This document shows positions 1 to 10,348 of a stretch of DNA of 64,000 nt, piece by piece. The notes under the pieces were generated by a model. That model was not told the origin of the DNA. It worked only from the letters and a program-made list of their open reading frames with translations, and ran no database searches. Source of the stretch: an uncultured cyanobacterium (GTDB lineage: Bacteria; Cyanobacteriota; Cyanobacteriia; Cyanobacteriales; Nostocaceae); NCBI GenBank assembly GCA_963740315.1, contig CAVUDP010000002.1, positions 1,760,001-1,824,000 of the forward strand, in the 5' to 3' direction. Made by a program: the position numbers and the translations under genes. Position 1 is the first letter of the stretch. Each line of letters starts with the position of its first letter.

Positions 1-186
1 AAAGTCAGTAGGGCAAGCCGTTTCACAGCGTTTGCAGCCAACACAGTCTTCGATACGGGGAGAAGCGGCTACTTGTTGAGCCTTACAACCATCCCAAGGC
101 ACCATTTCTAGAACGTCAGTAGGACAAGCCCGAACGCACTGAGTGCAGCCAATGCAGGTATCGTAAATCTTAACGGTATGAGACAT
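1..186 (-). CDS. psaC: Photosystem I iron-sulfur center PsaC (3' end runs off the window; missed by the ORF track)
   Basis: Minus-strand translation from ATG at 186: [62 protein letters not shown], with two CxxCxxCxxxCP motifs. Confidence 0.98.
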   Translation of the reverse strand, partial: MSHTVKIYDTCIGCTQCVRACPTDVLEMVPWDGCKAQQVAASPRIEDCVGCKRCETACPTDF

Positions 187-339
187 TTTAAAAAGCTCCT
201 TTCCGAGTGTTCTTCTCTGAAAAAGAATAATAATCAAGGCTTAGTTTACCTCAGTGTCTGACCCGTTGTATTCAAAAGGCGATATAACTTCAAAGAACGT
301 AATAACTGGAATGAGAAATTGGGGATTGGGGCATAGCTC

Positions 340-550
340 ACGGAGTTATGAGTTATGAGTTATGAGTTAGGAGATGATATTGCGGAGGAAGCGGAGGAAG
401 CGGAGGAAGCGGAGGAAGAAAATAAATAATTAGTTTTCTAGTAAAAAAATCAATTGCCTCCTCTGCCTCCTCTGCCCCCTCTCCCCATCCCCCCATCCCC
501 CCATCCCCCCATCTCCCCATCCCCCTCTCCCCTCTCCCCCCATCTCCTCA
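340..550. repeat. STRR-type short tandem repeats (GAGTTAT, GCGGAGGAA, CCCCATC)
   Basis: Directly visible 7- and 9-mer tandem arrays typical of heterocystous cyanobacteria. Confidence 0.85.
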
Positions 551-701
551 ATTGCGAACTATTATCGTAATAAATAGGTATTGGTTAAATCTTTAGTTGT
601 AACTAAGATGGCAGCGTAATAATAAAAATTGACAAACAATTAAGCTGATATACGACTGAATACCTGATAATTAAGTATATTTGCCATTCCGAAAACGCCT
701 T

Positions 702-1448
702 ATGAGAGAACTGGAGCGGTACTACAGAATTTTGGAATTAGAGCCTGGAGCGTCGCTTGAAGAAGTTAACCAGGCTTATAGGGATTTGGCTTTTATTTGG
801 CACCCGGATAGAATTCCTCAAGAAAAAGAGCGGTTGCAAGAAAAGGCACGCAAGAAGTTACAGGAACTTAATGAAGCTCGGGAACAGTTACGCTCTGTTA
901 AGGCGAAGTATAAATCTCAGCCTAATTCCTACGCGCCTTCTCAACCGAAAAAAACTGCTGCACCTACTAGCACTCAGCCTAATTCCTATGCACCCTATCA
1001 ACAAAAATGGACTCCTAAATCTACACCTACACCTACTCCTACACCCACACCCCAACCTAGAGGTTATCAAGCTCCTTCACAAAAGTACGATTTGAGCGGA
1101 CAAGATTTTAGTCGCGCTAATCTCAAGGGAAGGGATTTATCTGGTAGAAATCTCAGCTACGCTAAATTGAGCGGTGCCAACCTTAGCGATGCTTTTATGC
1201 ATAAGATAATTTTGCGAGGTGCTGACTTGTCGGATGCTAATTTATTTCGAGCAAACTTACTTTTAGCCGATATGAAAGAAGCTAATCTCCAAGGTGCTGA
1301 CTTAATTGGCGCTGACTTAAGCGGTGCCGATTTACGTGGTGCTGACTTGAGAGGAGCAAGAATTCGTTCTGGCGATCGCCTACTTGTTAAACTCATCGGA
1401 GCTAACTTGTCGGGAGCAATTATGCCCGATGGCTCGATTCATGAATAA
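702..1448 (+). CDS. DnaJ (J-domain) protein with C-terminal pentapeptide repeats
   Basis: YYRILELEPGASLEEVNQAYR..WHPD J-domain, Pro/Thr linker, A(D/N)LxG repeats ending in GAIMPDG; ATG at 702 preferred over TTG at 681. Confidence 0.92.
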   Translation: MRELERYYRILELEPGASLEEVNQAYRDLAFIWHPDRIPQEKERLQEKARKKLQELNEAREQLRSVKAKYKSQPNSYAPSQPKKTAAPTSTQPNSYAPYQQKWTPKSTPTPTPTPTPQPRGYQAPSQKYDLSGQDFSRANLKGRDLSGRNLSYAKLSGANLSDAFMHKIILRGADLSDANLFRANLLLADMKEANLQGADLIGADLSGADLRGADLRGARIRSGDRLLVKLIGANLSGAIMPDGSIHE

Positions 1449-1991
1449 ATAATTAAGAAATGGTTGATTACTCCTATCTTTCGGAAAGATTACCGGCTTT
1501 GAGGGAGTAGGGAGTAGGGAGTAGGGAGTAGGAAAAGAAATTGTATCGGCAATCTGATAAGCGAGAAGGGATTAATTGTAAATCTAATATCTCACCTACA
1601 ATCAAATGCGTTTTTGTCTAAACCGATGGAACCTACTTATTGAATTATTCCCAATCGATATATAGTCAATTTGTACGTTTAATTGCTTAACTTTGTTCTT
1701 TTATTGGTAATCAAGTAAACCTATTTAGTACGGATATTTCTAATTGTTTGTTTAAAAATTAAAGATTGTTTTGATTTATAATTATCTCTCGATACTATTT
1801 TGATAAGTATAAGAGAGATTTTTTTGTAAGTATTGACGCTCTATACAGATACGACTACAAGCATATGAAAATAAATACGGAAACAACAGGCGGTGAATAC
1901 TTGTAAATAAAATAACTTCCAACCTGACGCATGTTGTGAAGTGCCTGCAATGTGAGAAACTTGGCTAAGTCGTTATTAAACAAGAATAAAA

Positions 1992-2477
1992 ATGGGTAAT
2001 ACAATATCTGACGTTATAGTCAAAACAATGGATGGGAAAGAAAAGAAATTAGGCGAGTATACTAATAAAGTACTTCTAATTGTCAACGTAGCTTCCCAAT
2101 GCGGTTATACTTCGCAATACGCAGGACTTGAAAAGCTGCATCAAAATTACGAAGAAGCAGGGTTAAGGATTTTAGCTTTTCCATGCAACGACTTCGGAGA
2201 ACAAGAGCCTGGAAGCAATGAGGAGATTTTGGACTTCTGTACCAGGAATTACGATATAACCTTTGAATTATTTGATAAACTCCATGCTAAAGGTGAAAAA
2301 CAGCATCAACTTTATGCCAGACTCACAACCGCAATTGAACCAAAAGGACCTATTGCTTGGAACTTTGAAAAGTTTTTAATTAACAAGCACGGTGAAGTAA
2401 TAGCCCGGTTTAAAAGCAGCGTTAAGCCAAATTCCCCTGAATTGATTTCCGCTATCGAAAGAGAAATAGCGCAATAA
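1992..2477 (+). CDS. gpx: Glutathione peroxidase family protein
   Basis: NVASQCG, LAFPCNDFGEQEPG and WNFEKFL motifs. Confidence 0.93.
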   Translation: MGNTISDVIVKTMDGKEKKLGEYTNKVLLIVNVASQCGYTSQYAGLEKLHQNYEEAGLRILAFPCNDFGEQEPGSNEEILDFCTRNYDITFELFDKLHAKGEKQHQLYARLTTAIEPKGPIAWNFEKFLINKHGEVIARFKSSVKPNSPELISAIEREIAQ

Positions 2478-2517
2478 TTGATAATTGATAATCGATCGCT
2501 ATGGGTGCTTTAATTTT

Positions 2518-3343
2518 ATGAACATTGCAATTATTGGTTGTGGATATGTAGGTTATGCAGTCGCTAAATACTGGAAGCAAAATGATGATTTAGTTGTAAC
2601 TGCAACTACAACAACTCCAGAGCGCATACCAACTTTACAAGAAGTTGCGGAAAAAGTAGAAGTTGTCCAAGGTTCAAATGCACAAGCTTTAAAATCGGTA
2701 TTGCAAAATCAAGATGTTATCCTTTTAAGTGTTGGTCCAAAAAGTCGCGATGTTTATGAAGAGACTTATCTAAAAACTGCTGAAACTATAGTTTCGGTAT
2801 TACAGCAAATTCCCACCGTAAAACAGTTAATATATACAGCAAGCTATTCGGTTTATGGAGATAGAAATGGCGCTTGGGTAGATGAAGAAACACCAACCGC
2901 ACCAAATAATCCCAATGGTGAAATTTTGGATTCGAACTGAACAAACTTTGCTTTGTGCTAATAGCGAAAAGCTGCGGGTTTGTATATTGCGATTGGGAGG
3001 TATTTACGGCGAGGGTAGAACCTTGCTTAAAATATTTAGTAGAGCCTTTGGTGAAACTCGTCCCGGTAATGGTGAAGATACCACAAATTGGATTCACTTA
3101 GATGATATTGTCGGTGCAATTGAATTTGCACGTTCCTCTCAACTAGAAGGGATTTATAATTTAGTTGATGATGCACATCTTCCCATTAGAGAATTAATCG
3201 ATAATTTATGTCAAAAGTACGATAAACCAAAAGTTACGTGGGATGCTTCTCAAACAAAAACCCGCGCTTATAATTCCAAAGTATCCAACGAGAAGATAAA
3301 ACTTGCGGGATACAAATTGATTCATCCACAGATGATTTTTTGA
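2518..3343 (+). pseudogene. NAD-dependent epimerase/dehydratase (atypical SDR), split by a +1 frameshift near 2932
   Basis: N-terminal half (IIGCGYVG Rossmann motif, YGDRNGAWVDEET) ends at TGA 2938-2940; C-terminal half (RTEQTLL..LRLGGIYG..NWIHLDDIV) is in the next frame; removing one T from GATTCGA joins them. Confidence 0.8.
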
Positions 3344-3352
3344 TTTATACCA

Positions 3353-4279
3353 ATGATTGCTCAAGATAAAACAGCAAATACAAATTATTACACCTGGAAA
3401 AACTTCCGCTGCGCCTACTCCGTTTATACTCCTACAAATTCAACACCCGAAAGTATACCCTTATTATTAATTCATCCCATCGGTGTTGGTTTATCGCGGC
3501 ACTTTTGGCAAAGATTTTGTAATGAATGGGATAATATTGGTAATCGTAATTTGATTTATAATCCCGATTTATTAGGATGCGGTGAAAGCGATATGCCGCG
3601 TTTAGCTTATTATCCTATTGATTGGGCAGAACAATTAGAATACTTTATTAAAACTATAGTAAAACAGCCTGTAGCTTTAGTAGTACAAGGTGCATTATTT
3701 CCCGTAGCTATAGAATTAGCCAAAAAACAACCAGATTTAATCGCTGGAATTATTTTATCAGGGCCTCCTGCTTGGAGTGTAATGACTAAACCAGCACCAG
3801 AATGGCAGCAAAAATTATTGTGGAATCTGTTATTTGATTCACCTTCAGGAAATCTTTTTTATCGCTACGCAAGACGCAAGAAATTTTTAGAAGATTTTTC
3901 CATCAAGCAGCTATTTGATTCAAAAGCAGACGTTGATGATGAATGGTTGGATACTTTGCGCGAAGGTGCAAAAAATCCATCAAGTCGCTATGCAGTTTTT
4001 TCCTTCTTAGCCGGATTTTGGCGAAAAGACTATCAGAAAGACATAGAATCGATCGCGCAGCCAACACTAGCAGTATTTGGCGAAGCAGCATCAAGTATCA
4101 GTCAAACAGGTAAAAAAGATACAACCGAAAAACGTTTAGCCGATTATAATTTACATCTACCTCAAGGAAAGGCGATCGCAATTCCCGGAAGAAACGTATT
4201 ACCTTACGAATCAACAGCAGAATTTGTAAAAGCCATAACACATGAAGTGAATCAGTTACCAGTAACCAGTAACCAGTAA
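3353..4279 (+). CDS. Alpha/beta fold hydrolase
   Basis: LLLIHPIGVG and PDLLGCGESD motifs. Confidence 0.85.
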   Translation: MIAQDKTANTNYYTWKNFRCAYSVYTPTNSTPESIPLLLIHPIGVGLSRHFWQRFCNEWDNIGNRNLIYNPDLLGCGESDMPRLAYYPIDWAEQLEYFIKTIVKQPVALVVQGALFPVAIELAKKQPDLIAGIILSGPPAWSVMTKPAPEWQQKLLWNLLFDSPSGNLFYRYARRKKFLEDFSIKQLFDSKADVDDEWLDTLREGAKNPSSRYAVFSFLAGFWRKDYQKDIESIAQPTLAVFGEAASSISQTGKKDTTEKRLADYNLHLPQGKAIAIPGRNVLPYESTAEFVKAITHEVNQLPVTSNQ

Positions 4280-4382
4280 TGAGTTAGGAGTTATGAGTTA
4301 GGAATTATGAGTTAAGAATTTCCAGTTATTTTATTTTACTTTACCTTTGACCTTTAACCTTTAACCTTTGACCTAAAATACT

Positions 4383-5366
4383 TTGTGGTTAATTAAATTT
4401 TGGACAAATGTTTTCGCAGGATTTGCGGCGATCGCTACTTTATTAAGTCTTGCTGGTAGAAAATGGTGGGTGTTTGCGTTAATGGAACATCCCAGAGTTC
4501 AGTATTCGCTGATTTTAGTTATTGCGCTGTTTGTTAGTTTATTAACTTCAAAGCGAATTAATATTTGGAATTTTTTATGTGCGATCGCTTTATCGATCAA
4601 TTTGATTCTAATTTTGCCTTTATTTATTCCTCACCAAATTTCAACTCAAGCGTCAAATACTCCACAACAAACTATTCGCATAATTCATGCAACACTTGAT
4701 AGTAAACAACCAGATGTAACGAAAGCAATAGAATATCTAAACAAGCAAGAAACAGATATTTTATTTCTATTAGAAGTCACTCCCCAATCCTTAACGCAAT
4801 TTAATAGAGGATTGACAAATTACCGTCTAATTGCCACCCAACCGGAATACAACAGTCATGGAATCGCTTGGTTTATACCCGAAGAAAAAACGAAACCAAT
4901 CGAATTAAGAACGGTAGAATTTATTACTTTACCAATTTACAATAATCGTGCCTTATTAAAAGCAACAATTTCCTACGACGGTAGAGAAATGGTTTTACTT
5001 TGCTTCCATGTAATTAGTCCCCGCAATCCTGAAACGGTAACATATCAAGAGATAGAATTTGATGCCCTTGCTAACTGGAGTCAAATGTTACAAAAAAGCA
5101 AACAAGATTTAATTGTAATTGGTGATTTTAATAGTACTCCTTGGTATGGACCATTTCGCCAATTATTAAATAAAAGTGGTTTGATAAACTCTCAACGCGG
5201 ATTCGGAATACAAACTACTTGGCATTCCACTTTTCCCCCAATATTTAGAATTCCCATAGATAACTGCTTGCATAGCAAATCGTTAACTACTGTACGTCGT
5301 TTTATTGGTGAAAATATTGGTTCGGATCATTTACCTTTATTTGTCGAATTGAAATTAGGTTCGTAG
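4383..5366 (+). CDS. Membrane-anchored endonuclease/exonuclease/phosphatase (EEP) family protein
   Basis: N-terminal transmembrane helices; LLEV, IGDFN, IDN and GSDHLP catalytic motifs. Confidence 0.88.
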   Translation: MWLIKFWTNVFAGFAAIATLLSLAGRKWWVFALMEHPRVQYSLILVIALFVSLLTSKRINIWNFLCAIALSINLILILPLFIPHQISTQASNTPQQTIRIIHATLDSKQPDVTKAIEYLNKQETDILFLLEVTPQSLTQFNRGLTNYRLIATQPEYNSHGIAWFIPEEKTKPIELRTVEFITLPIYNNRALLKATISYDGREMVLLCFHVISPRNPETVTYQEIEFDALANWSQMLQKSKQDLIVIGDFNSTPWYGPFRQLLNKSGLINSQRGFGIQTTWHSTFPPIFRIPIDNCLHSKSLTTVRRFIGENIGSDHLPLFVELKLGS

Positions 5367-5960
5367 TAAGGACTTTAGTCCTAAATCCGAGGGCTTAAGC
5401 CCTAACTACGAACCTTTAATTATCGAATTGAAATTAGGTTCGTAGTAAGGACTTTAGTCCTAAATCCGAGGGCTTAAGCCCTAACTACGAACCTTTATTT
5501 GTTGAATTGAAATTAGGTTCGTAGTAAGGACTTTAGTCCTAAATCCGAGGGCTTAAGCCCTAACTACGAACCTTTATTTGTTGAATTGAAATTAGGTTCG
5601 TAGTAAGGACTTTAGTCCTAAATCCGAGGGCTTAAGCCCTAACTACGAACCTTTAATTATCGAATTGAAATTAGGTTCGTAGTAAGGACTTTAGTCCTAA
5701 ATCCGAGGGCTTAAGCCCTAACTACGAACCTTTAATTATCGAATTGAAATTAGGTTCGTAGTAAGGACTTTAGTCCTAAATCCGAGGGCTTAAGCCCTAA
5801 CTACGAACCTTTATTTGTTGAATTGAAATTAGGTTCGTAGTAAGGACTTTAGTCCTAAATCCGAGGGCTTAAGCCCTAACTACGAACCTTTAATTATCGA
5901 ATTGAAATTAGGTTTGTCCTAAATCCGAGGGAACCAATGCCCTGAGTAGGAACCTTTATT
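5346..5960. repeat. Tandem array of a 79-bp REP-doublet-like unit (7 full copies plus 1 degenerate copy)
   Basis: Units start at 5346, 5425, 5504, 5583, 5662, 5741, 5820 and (degenerate) 5899; each carries AGGTTCGTAGT..ACTACGAACCT arms enclosing two hairpins. Confidence 0.95.
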
Positions 5961-6008
5961 TTCCTACATAATTAATAAAATAGACTAATAATCGATCGTC
6001 GATCGCTT

Positions 6009-8486
6009 TTAACTCTTTTGTATAGAAGATGCGATTAATTTATGGAAAGATGCCAAAAAGCTCTTAAGATTTTCCCAAAACATAATTTTTTGCGTACTGT
6101 TTTGAGCAAATGTTGTTAGCTGAGCGAACCACTTTGCGAAAAATTGAGATTTTTCTAAGATATGCTCAACAATTCGATCGGCTGATACTATGTTTTTCTC
6201 TACTTCTTGAGAAGCTTCTGTCTGATTAGTAGCAGTTTGGATTGTGTTACCCATTAATCTACCTATTTGCATATTTACGGTGAAAATACGATCTAGTTTT
6301 TGTTTGTTGGTTTGTAGCGATCGCGTGCAAGTTGATATCTGTTGACTTCTAGCTTTTATTATCTCAATTATTTCGTTGATTTTTTCGATTTCACCAGTAA
6401 GTAGTTGAGTTTCTACTATTTGCGGATCGAGTTCGATGGTTTCAGTGTTTTTAACAGCTTCTTCAAGAGCGGAAATACTCTCTAAGGTAGATTTTATATT
6501 AATTCGTTCTTCTTCTAATAATTCGTAGTTCCGCTGTACTTGTTTTTCTATTTCCTCGGCGGTTGTTTTCGTGACTTTAGCGGTATCTAAAATCTCTTTA
6601 ATTTGCTTTCGACAAACAGCAAGATAATTTGAGAGGTTTAAACCTTTAGTCCAAAAAGCTTTAAAAATCATTTGACTATCCTGAGATAGTTCGATAATTA
6701 CCTGTCGTAAATCTTCTTGTTGGGGAAGATAAACACCTTTGTTTATTTCATTTGCTAAAACGTTGCTTTCTATAAGTTTGGCATTTTCTAAGGCAAAACC
6801 TACCTGCATGGCAATCGAAGAAAACCACCTGATTTCATAAGAATGCCAATCGCGAAATTTGGAACATTGATTCGCAACTAACAAACCGAGCAATTTCCCT
6901 TCGTTGATAATTGGTGCAACCAAATTAGCTTTAATTTCTAATCTTTCAAGTTGCTCGATATGACAAGGAGTGAGATTTGTTTCATAAATATTTGCAATTG
7001 CTCTGACTCGTCCATTTTCATATTTTTCGAGGTATTTAGCTTCAAAACAAGGATCTTGCATTACCATTCCCAAGCCTTTTGTGAAGCGAGGAGCCACCGA
7101 TTCGGCAATTATTTCCCCATAATTCACTTCATTTAATCCATAAACGACAACGCGATCGCACTCTAATATTCGACGGCTTTCTTCGGTTGCAACTTTGAGA
7201 ATATCTTCTCTTACCAGAGATTGACGAATCAGTTTAACGGTATCCGTAAAGTATTGCGTCCATTGGGTTTCGATATCTGCTTGTAATCTCAAATTCTCAG
7301 CTTCTGCTAAAACATTAGCATTTTCTAAAGCAAAACCTACCTGCATGGCAATAGAAGAAAACCATCTGATTTCATAAGGATGCCAATCGCGGAATTCGGA
7401 ACATTGATTGGCAACTAACAAACCTAGCAGTTTCCCTTCGTTGATAATTGGTGCAACCAAATTAGCTTTGATTTCGAGTCTTTCAAGTTGCTCGATATGA
7501 CAAGGAGTAAGATTTACTTGATAAATATTTGCAATCGCTCTGACTCGTCCATTTCGATATTTTTCCAGGTATTTAGCTTCAAAACAAGGATCTTGCATTA
7601 CCATTCCCAAGCCTTTTGTGAAGCGAGGAGCCACTGATTCGGCAATTATTTCTCCATAAGAATCTCGATTTAATCCATAAACGACAACGCGATCGCACTC
7701 TAATATTCGACGACTTTCTTCAGTTGCAACTTTGAGAATATCTTCTTTTACCAGAGATTGACGAATCAGTTTAACAGTGTCGGTAAAATACTGTGTCCAT
7801 TCGGTTTCGATATCTGCTTGCTTTTTAAGATTGGCAGTTTCAGCTACAACATTAGCATTATCGAGAGCAAAACCTACCTGCGCGGCAATCAACGAAAACC
7901 ACGTAATTTCATGAGCAAGCCAATAACGTGGTTGGGAACATTGATGAGCAACTAACAAACCCAGCAGTTTCCCTCCACTGATAATAGGTGCAACTAAGTT
8001 CGCTTTGACTTCCAATTTCTCAAGTTGCTCGATATAACAAGGAGCCAGATTTGCTTCTTTTATATTTGGAATCGCTTTAACCCGCCCTTGCAGATACTTT
8101 TCGATGTACCTAGCTTCAAAACAAGGATCTACGATCGTCTCTCCCAAAGCTTTCGTGAAACCAGGAGCAACCGATTCAGCACTTATCATTCCCCGTGATT
8201 CGTTTAAGCCATAAACCACAACGCGATCGCAACCAACTACTCGACGCACTTCTTCTGTTGCAGTTTTGAGAATATCTTCTTTTATCAAAGATTGGCGAAT
8301 GTATTTCACCGTTTCGGTAAAGTACTGCGCCCATTCCATATCAAGATTGGTTTGTTGTTCGTAGATAAGTAGTTGCTGAGATTCTTCAACAGTAGCTTCA
8401 AGAACATCTGTAGACTCATCAGACAAATTTTGCTCTGAAGAAAGCCCTTGACCATTTGTGGAACTATTAAAGTAATTATGAGTCAT
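6009..8486 (-). CDS. Multi-GAF cyanobacteriochrome photoreceptor (3 DXCF-type GAFs) with degenerate MCP-like C-terminal coiled coil
   Basis: Three 179-aa repeats with CDRVVVY, DPCF, PC(Y/H)IEQL, LEIKANLVAPI and LLVA(H/N)QCS motifs. Confidence 0.85.
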   Translation of the reverse strand: MTHNYFNSSTNGQGLSSEQNLSDESTDVLEATVEESQQLLIYEQQTNLDMEWAQYFTETVKYIRQSLIKEDILKTATEEVRRVVGCDRVVVYGLNESRGMISAESVAPGFTKALGETIVDPCFEARYIEKYLQGRVKAIPNIKEANLAPCYIEQLEKLEVKANLVAPIISGGKLLGLLVAHQCSQPRYWLAHEITWFSLIAAQVGFALDNANVVAETANLKKQADIETEWTQYFTDTVKLIRQSLVKEDILKVATEESRRILECDRVVVYGLNRDSYGEIIAESVAPRFTKGLGMVMQDPCFEAKYLEKYRNGRVRAIANIYQVNLTPCHIEQLERLEIKANLVAPIINEGKLLGLLVANQCSEFRDWHPYEIRWFSSIAMQVGFALENANVLAEAENLRLQADIETQWTQYFTDTVKLIRQSLVREDILKVATEESRRILECDRVVVYGLNEVNYGEIIAESVAPRFTKGLGMVMQDPCFEAKYLEKYENGRVRAIANIYETNLTPCHIEQLERLEIKANLVAPIINEGKLLGLLVANQCSKFRDWHSYEIRWFSSIAMQVGFALENAKLIESNVLANEINKGVYLPQQEDLRQVIIELSQDSQMIFKAFWTKGLNLSNYLAVCRKQIKEILDTAKVTKTTAEEIEKQVQRNYELLEEERINIKSTLESISALEEAVKNTETIELDPQIVETQLLTGEIEKINEIIEIIKARSQQISTCTRSLQTNKQKLDRIFTVNMQIGRLMGNTIQTATNQTEASQEVEKNIVSADRIVEHILEKSQFFAKWFAQLTTFAQNSTQKIMFWENLKSFLASFHKLIASSIQKS

Positions 8487-8827
8487 TATATATCTATGAA
8501 TATAAAAAAGTGAAAGTATATTTACGGTCTGTTACTTGATATAATTTATAACACCGTATGACTTAGTTAAATACATATCAAAAGTTAGATTTATCGCAAA
8601 TAAGTAGTTAAGTAAAATTATTTAAATTTATTTTTCCTTATTTGTATTTTAAATTACAAAATAGTCATACATTGTTTTAACTATTATAATTTTGTAGACA
8701 TGATTCTAATAATTATTGGCTAGTTCTAAGTAATATACCAAATAATATATCAAGAGAATAAAAAAAAATATGCAATTGCTATATATTGCAATTACATATT
8801 CTGAATCGATTTAAATTAGATAAATGT

Positions 8828-9667
8828 CTATTCGATTAACTCAAAAAACTGCTGATGAAGTCTCTTCGGAACCAAAAATATCATCTTCGGACGAAAACCT
8901 TGAGGATACTCAGTAATCTGAATAAACTTTGGTTTTAAATGGCTTTTTGACTTATCTTTAAATTTGATAAATGCGAAAATCAGATAATCAAGTTCTTTTG
9001 CAAACTTCAATACGCGACTATCGGGAAAAGCTTCAGATAAAATTAAAGGCTGTTCCTTTTCAATTAAATTTCTTCCACCTAACAATACTTCAGTATCCGC
9101 ACCTTCCACATCTGTTTTAATTGCAGTAACTTTTAAATTAGGATGTTTTATAGCAAAGTTATCTAAAGTATCAACTTTCACGTTAATACAGTCTGTAGAA
9201 TCCGATTTTGTATTTAAACCACTTAATTCCGGTAGCTTTGTAACATCAAACTGCATTTCACCGGCTTCTGAATAAACAGCTTCTTGGATAACAGTAATAT
9301 TGTCAACTTTTTCGGCATTTTTTTGCAAAGCTGGAATACTCCTTAAATCTGGTTCAAAAGCATAAACCTTCCGACAATAAGGAGAAACAAGTAATGAATA
9401 ATAACCAATATTTGCGCCGACATCTAAAAAGCTTTTATGTTTATCGAGGTATTTAATTAAATATTCTTCACTTCCCCAATCAACAGAGCCATTTTTTACA
9501 AACAACTCAGTTCCAAATTTACTGTTTCTAGGCAGATCGATTGAAATTCCCTTCAGCAACTTGATGCTATTATCTTTTTTGAGAATACGTTTATAAAATT
9601 GTCTGATAAAATATCTATAAAAAAACTTAAGATAACCAACTTCACGGACAAGATTCCAATTTAACAT
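8828..9667 (-). CDS. FkbM family methyltransferase
   Basis: FLDVGANIGYYS, AFEP and IKTDVEGAD motifs. Confidence 0.9.
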   Translation of the reverse strand: MLNWNLVREVGYLKFFYRYFIRQFYKRILKKDNSIKLLKGISIDLPRNSKFGTELFVKNGSVDWGSEEYLIKYLDKHKSFLDVGANIGYYSLLVSPYCRKVYAFEPDLRSIPALQKNAEKVDNITVIQEAVYSEAGEMQFDVTKLPELSGLNTKSDSTDCINVKVDTLDNFAIKHPNLKVTAIKTDVEGADTEVLLGGRNLIEKEQPLILSEAFPDSRVLKFAKELDYLIFAFIKFKDKSKSHLKPKFIQITEYPQGFRPKMIFLVPKRLHQQFFELIE

Positions 9668-9736
9668 AGTAGAAAATAGGGAATAGGGCATTGAGCATTG
9701 AGCATGGAGTTAACCTTTAACCTTTAACATGCAGAC

Positions 9737-10348
9737 CTATTTAACCGCCACACCTTGATACATATAACCCATAAATTTAGGCGTTTTATCGGCATAAAAT
9801 TCTTTTACATCTACCCGATTGAATTGTAACTCTACAATAGAGCGAATATTACGATTTAGATTACAGCCATCAGCAATAATATTTTGTACTGGATTAAATC
9901 GATTTTGCCAAGTTTGAATTGATGGTTCATTGCTTAAACCATGTTCGATAAAAAAGAATTTTCCCCCTGGTTTCAACACTCGATGAATTTCCTTAACGGC
10001 TTGTTCAACTTTCTCAATACTGCATAAAGTCCAAGTACTGACAACGCTGTCAAATGTATTATCTGCCATTGGGAGATTTTCGCCGCTTAAAATTCGATGA
10101 TCCACTGTCACGTTAGATTTTTCAATTCTTTTTTGAGCAAGTTGATGAACTCCCGGATTATTATCAACAGTGATTATTTTATGAATTTCATCTGGATAAT
10201 AGGAAAGATTTAAACCAGTACCAAAACCAATTTCTAATACATCTCCTTCCACTTCTGCTAAAACTTCTTGACGGTATTTACTAAAAGTAGGATCGGATAG
10301 CGACCAATCAAGAAGATAAGGAAATATTTTTTGCGAATAGAATCCCAT
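9737..10348 (-). CDS. Class I SAM-dependent methyltransferase
   Basis: VLEIGFGTG, FDSVVSTWTLCS and RVLKPGG motifs. Confidence 0.92.
   Translation of the reverse strand: MGFYSQKIFPYLLDWSLSDPTFSKYRQEVLAEVEGDVLEIGFGTGLNLSYYPDEIHKIITVDNNPGVHQLAQKRIEKSNVTVDHRILSGENLPMADNTFDSVVSTWTLCSIEKVEQAVKEIHRVLKPGGKFFFIEHGLSNEPSIQTWQNRFNPVQNIIADGCNLNRNIRSIVELQFNRVDVKEFYADKTPKFMGYMYQGVAVK

Noticed and set aside
5346..5960. CRISPR array interpretation of the 79-bp repeats
   Set aside because: There are no unique spacers (only two 9-nt linker alleles), the 70-bp constant part is too long, and no cas genes are in the window.
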